From Deltaproteobacteria bacterium (GTDB lineage: Bacteria > Myxococcota_A > Polyangia > Polyangiales > Houyiibacteriaceae): DNA of 20,083 nucleotides. Location: NCBI GenBank assembly GCA_034670305.1, contig JAXMNT010000079.1:1-20083 (forward strand). The letters are read 5' to 3'. Position 1 is the first letter of the stretch. Each line of letters starts with the position of its first letter. A program made the translations under genes and the position numbers. Shown here piece after piece: positions 18,162-20,083 of this stretch. Below the pieces are notes generated by a model. That model was given only the letters and a program-made list of their open reading frames with translations, had not been told where the DNA came from and made no database searches.

Positions 18162-19586
18162 TTACTCAGCGGCCGCCTGCGTGAATTTCACGTACTCGAA
18201 GTCCACGCCCTTGCCTTTGACGCCCTTTCGGGGCGGCGCGATCCAGGGAGCGAACTCGCCGGGCTCGTAAACCGGGACCATCAAGGACTTCACGTAGTCT
18301 CGGTCCGCAAGGCTCGGGAGCCACTTCGCCTTCTGCGCCTCGAACTCGTCGCGCGAGATGAGCGCGCCCTTGGGGTCGAACGCGTGGTCCGCGTAGATGC
18401 CCATGGACCGGTTGAACCGGCGCGAGGGAATGGAGAGTCGGATGTCGAGGCCGGATGCGGCGATGGTTTTGTTCCACCGCGCGCAGGCGCGCTCGCAGTC
18501 GGCCACGTACTCGTCGCGGAGCAGCTCGTTCATGGCGTTGCGAAGGGGCACCTCTTCGGCCGAAAGCCGGCCACCCTGCACGACCGGGATGCTGTACCCC
18601 TCGCGGAGTGCGCTGTGCTCGTCGTACTTCTTGCGTTCGTGGTGACGGCCTTTGAGGCCGGTCGCGAAGTAATCGGCGGCGTTGCTGCTGATCTCCCCGC
18701 CAAACAGTTCGACCGCGCTCGAGAACCAGAAGTTGATGTAGCGCTGGATGGTCGCGAGATCGACCGCGCCCTGGTTGCGCGCGTCGCCGTTCGGGTCCGC
18801 GAGGGTCGCCTCAGCGGCGCGCTGCACCACGCGGTCGACCCCGTACTCACCGACGCTCAGGTGGAACGCTTCTTCGGTGAGCATGAACTGGGTGCAGCGG
18901 GCGAGCGGATCGAAGCCCGACTCGCTGAGCGCGGACAGCTGGTACTTGCCATCGCGGTCCGTGAACATCGCGAACATGAAGAACGAGAGCCACTCGTCGG
19001 TGGTCTCGTTGAAGGTCGAGAGGATGCGCGGTTTGTCCACGTCGCCGCTGCGGCGCTCGAGCAACGCTTCCGCTTCTTCGCGGCCGTCGCGGCCAAAGTA
19101 CTGGTGGAGCAGATGGACCATCGCCCACAGGTGCCGACCTTCTTCGACGTTCACCTGAAAGAGGTTGCGCAGGTCGTAGAGCGACGGGGCGGTCTTGCCA
19201 AGGAGCCGCTGCTGCTCGACGCTCGCCGGCTCGGTGTCGGCCTGAGTGACGATGATGCGTCGCAACATGCCGCGCATCTCGCCGGGAACCTCGTCCCAGG
19301 TCTCCTGCTCGGCGTTGTCGCCGAAGCCGACGTTCCGCTTCTCCGCGCGCGGCGTGAGAAAGATGCCCCAGCGGTACTCGGGCATGCGGATGTAGTCGTA
19401 GTGCGCCCAGCCGGATGCATCGACGCTGATCGCGGTGCGCAGCCAGATGTCGTCCTCCTGGAACCCTTCGGGCCCCATGTCGCGCCACCAGTCGAGGAAG
19501 TTGGGCTGCCACTTCTCCAGGGCGCGCAGCAGCTTGCGATCGCTGCTGAGGTCAACGTTGTTGGGAATGGAATCCGTGAGAGACAT
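18162..19586 (-). CDS. boxB: Benzoyl-CoA 2,3-epoxidase, di-iron oxygenase subunit
   Basis: IPNNVDL...RALEKWQP, MPEYRWGIFL, QADTEPASVEQQR, APSLYDLRNLFQVNVEEGRH, DRDGKYQL and TEEAFH. 474 aa from ATG 19586. Confidence 0.95.
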   Translation of the reverse strand: MSLTDSIPNNVDLSSDRKLLRALEKWQPNFLDWWRDMGPEGFQEDDIWLRTAISVDASGWAHYDYIRMPEYRWGIFLTPRAEKRNVGFGDNAEQETWDEVPGEMRGMLRRIIVTQADTEPASVEQQRLLGKTAPSLYDLRNLFQVNVEEGRHLWAMVHLLHQYFGRDGREEAEALLERRSGDVDKPRILSTFNETTDEWLSFFMFAMFTDRDGKYQLSALSESGFDPLARCTQFMLTEEAFHLSVGEYGVDRVVQRAAEATLADPNGDARNQGAVDLATIQRYINFWFSSAVELFGGEISSNAADYFATGLKGRHHERKKYDEHSALREGYSIPVVQGGRLSAEEVPLRNAMNELLRDEYVADCERACARWNKTIAASGLDIRLSIPSRRFNRSMGIYADHAFDPKGALISRDEFEAQKAKWLPSLADRDYVKSLMVPVYEPGEFAPWIAPPRKGVKGKGVDFEYVKFTQAAAE

Positions 19587-19664
19587 CGAGAGGAACCTAG
19601 ATTCGGACGCGACCAAGGGCAGTGCGGCGCCACACGTGACCGCCCTCACGGTATTTATTGGCAA

Positions 19665-19791
19665 GACGGGCCTGGCCCGCTTCGCGGGACTGGCGGCCCT
19701 AATTCGGCGTCCAGAGCACATCGACGTGCTCGCCGCCTGAGGTGGCGACGCGGAAGGAGCGCTTGAGGACACTTGGCGGCTGCGCGCGGTC
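19665..19791. repeat. 127-bp structured direct repeat, copy 1
   Basis: Identical to 19957-20083 and contains several hairpins. Confidence 0.95.
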
Positions 19792-19900
19792 GATGCACTC
19801 CCGCCACCTCTATGACGCGCTTGGGGAGTGCACCAGTTGCTCGCCCTGCAGGCTGCGCAGGTGCACGGGCGGAGATGCCTGACTCGCTGGCGCTGAGCGC

Positions 19901-19944
19901 GGCCTGGCTCGCTTCGCTCGACTGGCGGGCCTAATTCGGCGTCC
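19901..19944. repeat. Degenerate partial copy (44 bp) of the repeat's REP-like first part
   Basis: ggcctggctcgcttcgctcgactggcgggcctaattcggcgtcc versus ggcctggcccgcttcgcgggactggcggccctaattcggcgtcc (4 mismatches). Confidence 0.85.
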
Positions 19945-19956
19945 TTCTTTCTTATC

Positions 19957-20083
19957 GACGGGCCTGGCCCGCTTCGCGGGACTGGCGGCCCTAATTCGGC
20001 GTCCAGAGCACATCGACGTGCTCGCCGCCTGAGGTGGCGACGCGGAAGGAGCGCTTGAGGACACTTGGCGGCTGCGCGCGGTC
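19957..20083. repeat. 127-bp structured direct repeat, copy 2 (runs to the window end)
   Basis: Base-for-base identical to 19665-19791, offset 292 bp. Confidence 0.95.

Noticed and set aside
19810-20064. 84-aa ORF sharing an N-terminus with the extended boxB ORF
   Set aside because: The identity comes purely from the DNA repeat. BoxB homology begins at ATG 19586.
19665-20083. Possible CRISPR array
   Set aside because: Spacing of the 44-bp unit is irregular, the sequence following two of the copies is identical rather than unique, and no cas genes are present.

Overview
A GC-rich bacterial window, with a gene mix suggestive of Myxococcota or a similar lineage (inference only). Most of it (321-16258) is a compact, divergently transcribed 15-gene fatty-acid/type II PKS-like biosynthetic cluster. 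The leftward operon reads FabZ-like dehydratase, KS, CLF-like, KS, CLF-like, nitroreductase, oversized ACP, class III aminotransferase, SPASM-type radical SAM, a 2OG-Fe(II) oxygenase-SDR fusion, an LCAT/lipase-like hydrolase and an MlrC/M81 peptidase. Eight consecutive 4-bp stop/start overlaps link the first nine of these genes. The rightward operon starts with a radical SAM protein that carries the full motif set of the archaeal tetraether synthase family (Tes/GDGT-MAS, MJ0619-like) plus a duplicated N-terminal rubredoxin-like module. It is followed by a FabG ketoreductase and a membrane di-iron desaturase/hydroxylase. The best candidate for a new system is this Tes homolog inside an ACP-dependent acyl-chain assembly line, which suggests a C-C coupled (tail-linked or ring-closed), possibly aminated lipid. 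Right of the cluster lie a divergent Hsp70/DnaK paralog, a boxB gene with no boxA/boxC neighbours, and a structured 127-bp direct repeat at the window end. The left end has a palindrome and hexamer simple repeats. All calls come from motif recognition, not database searches.
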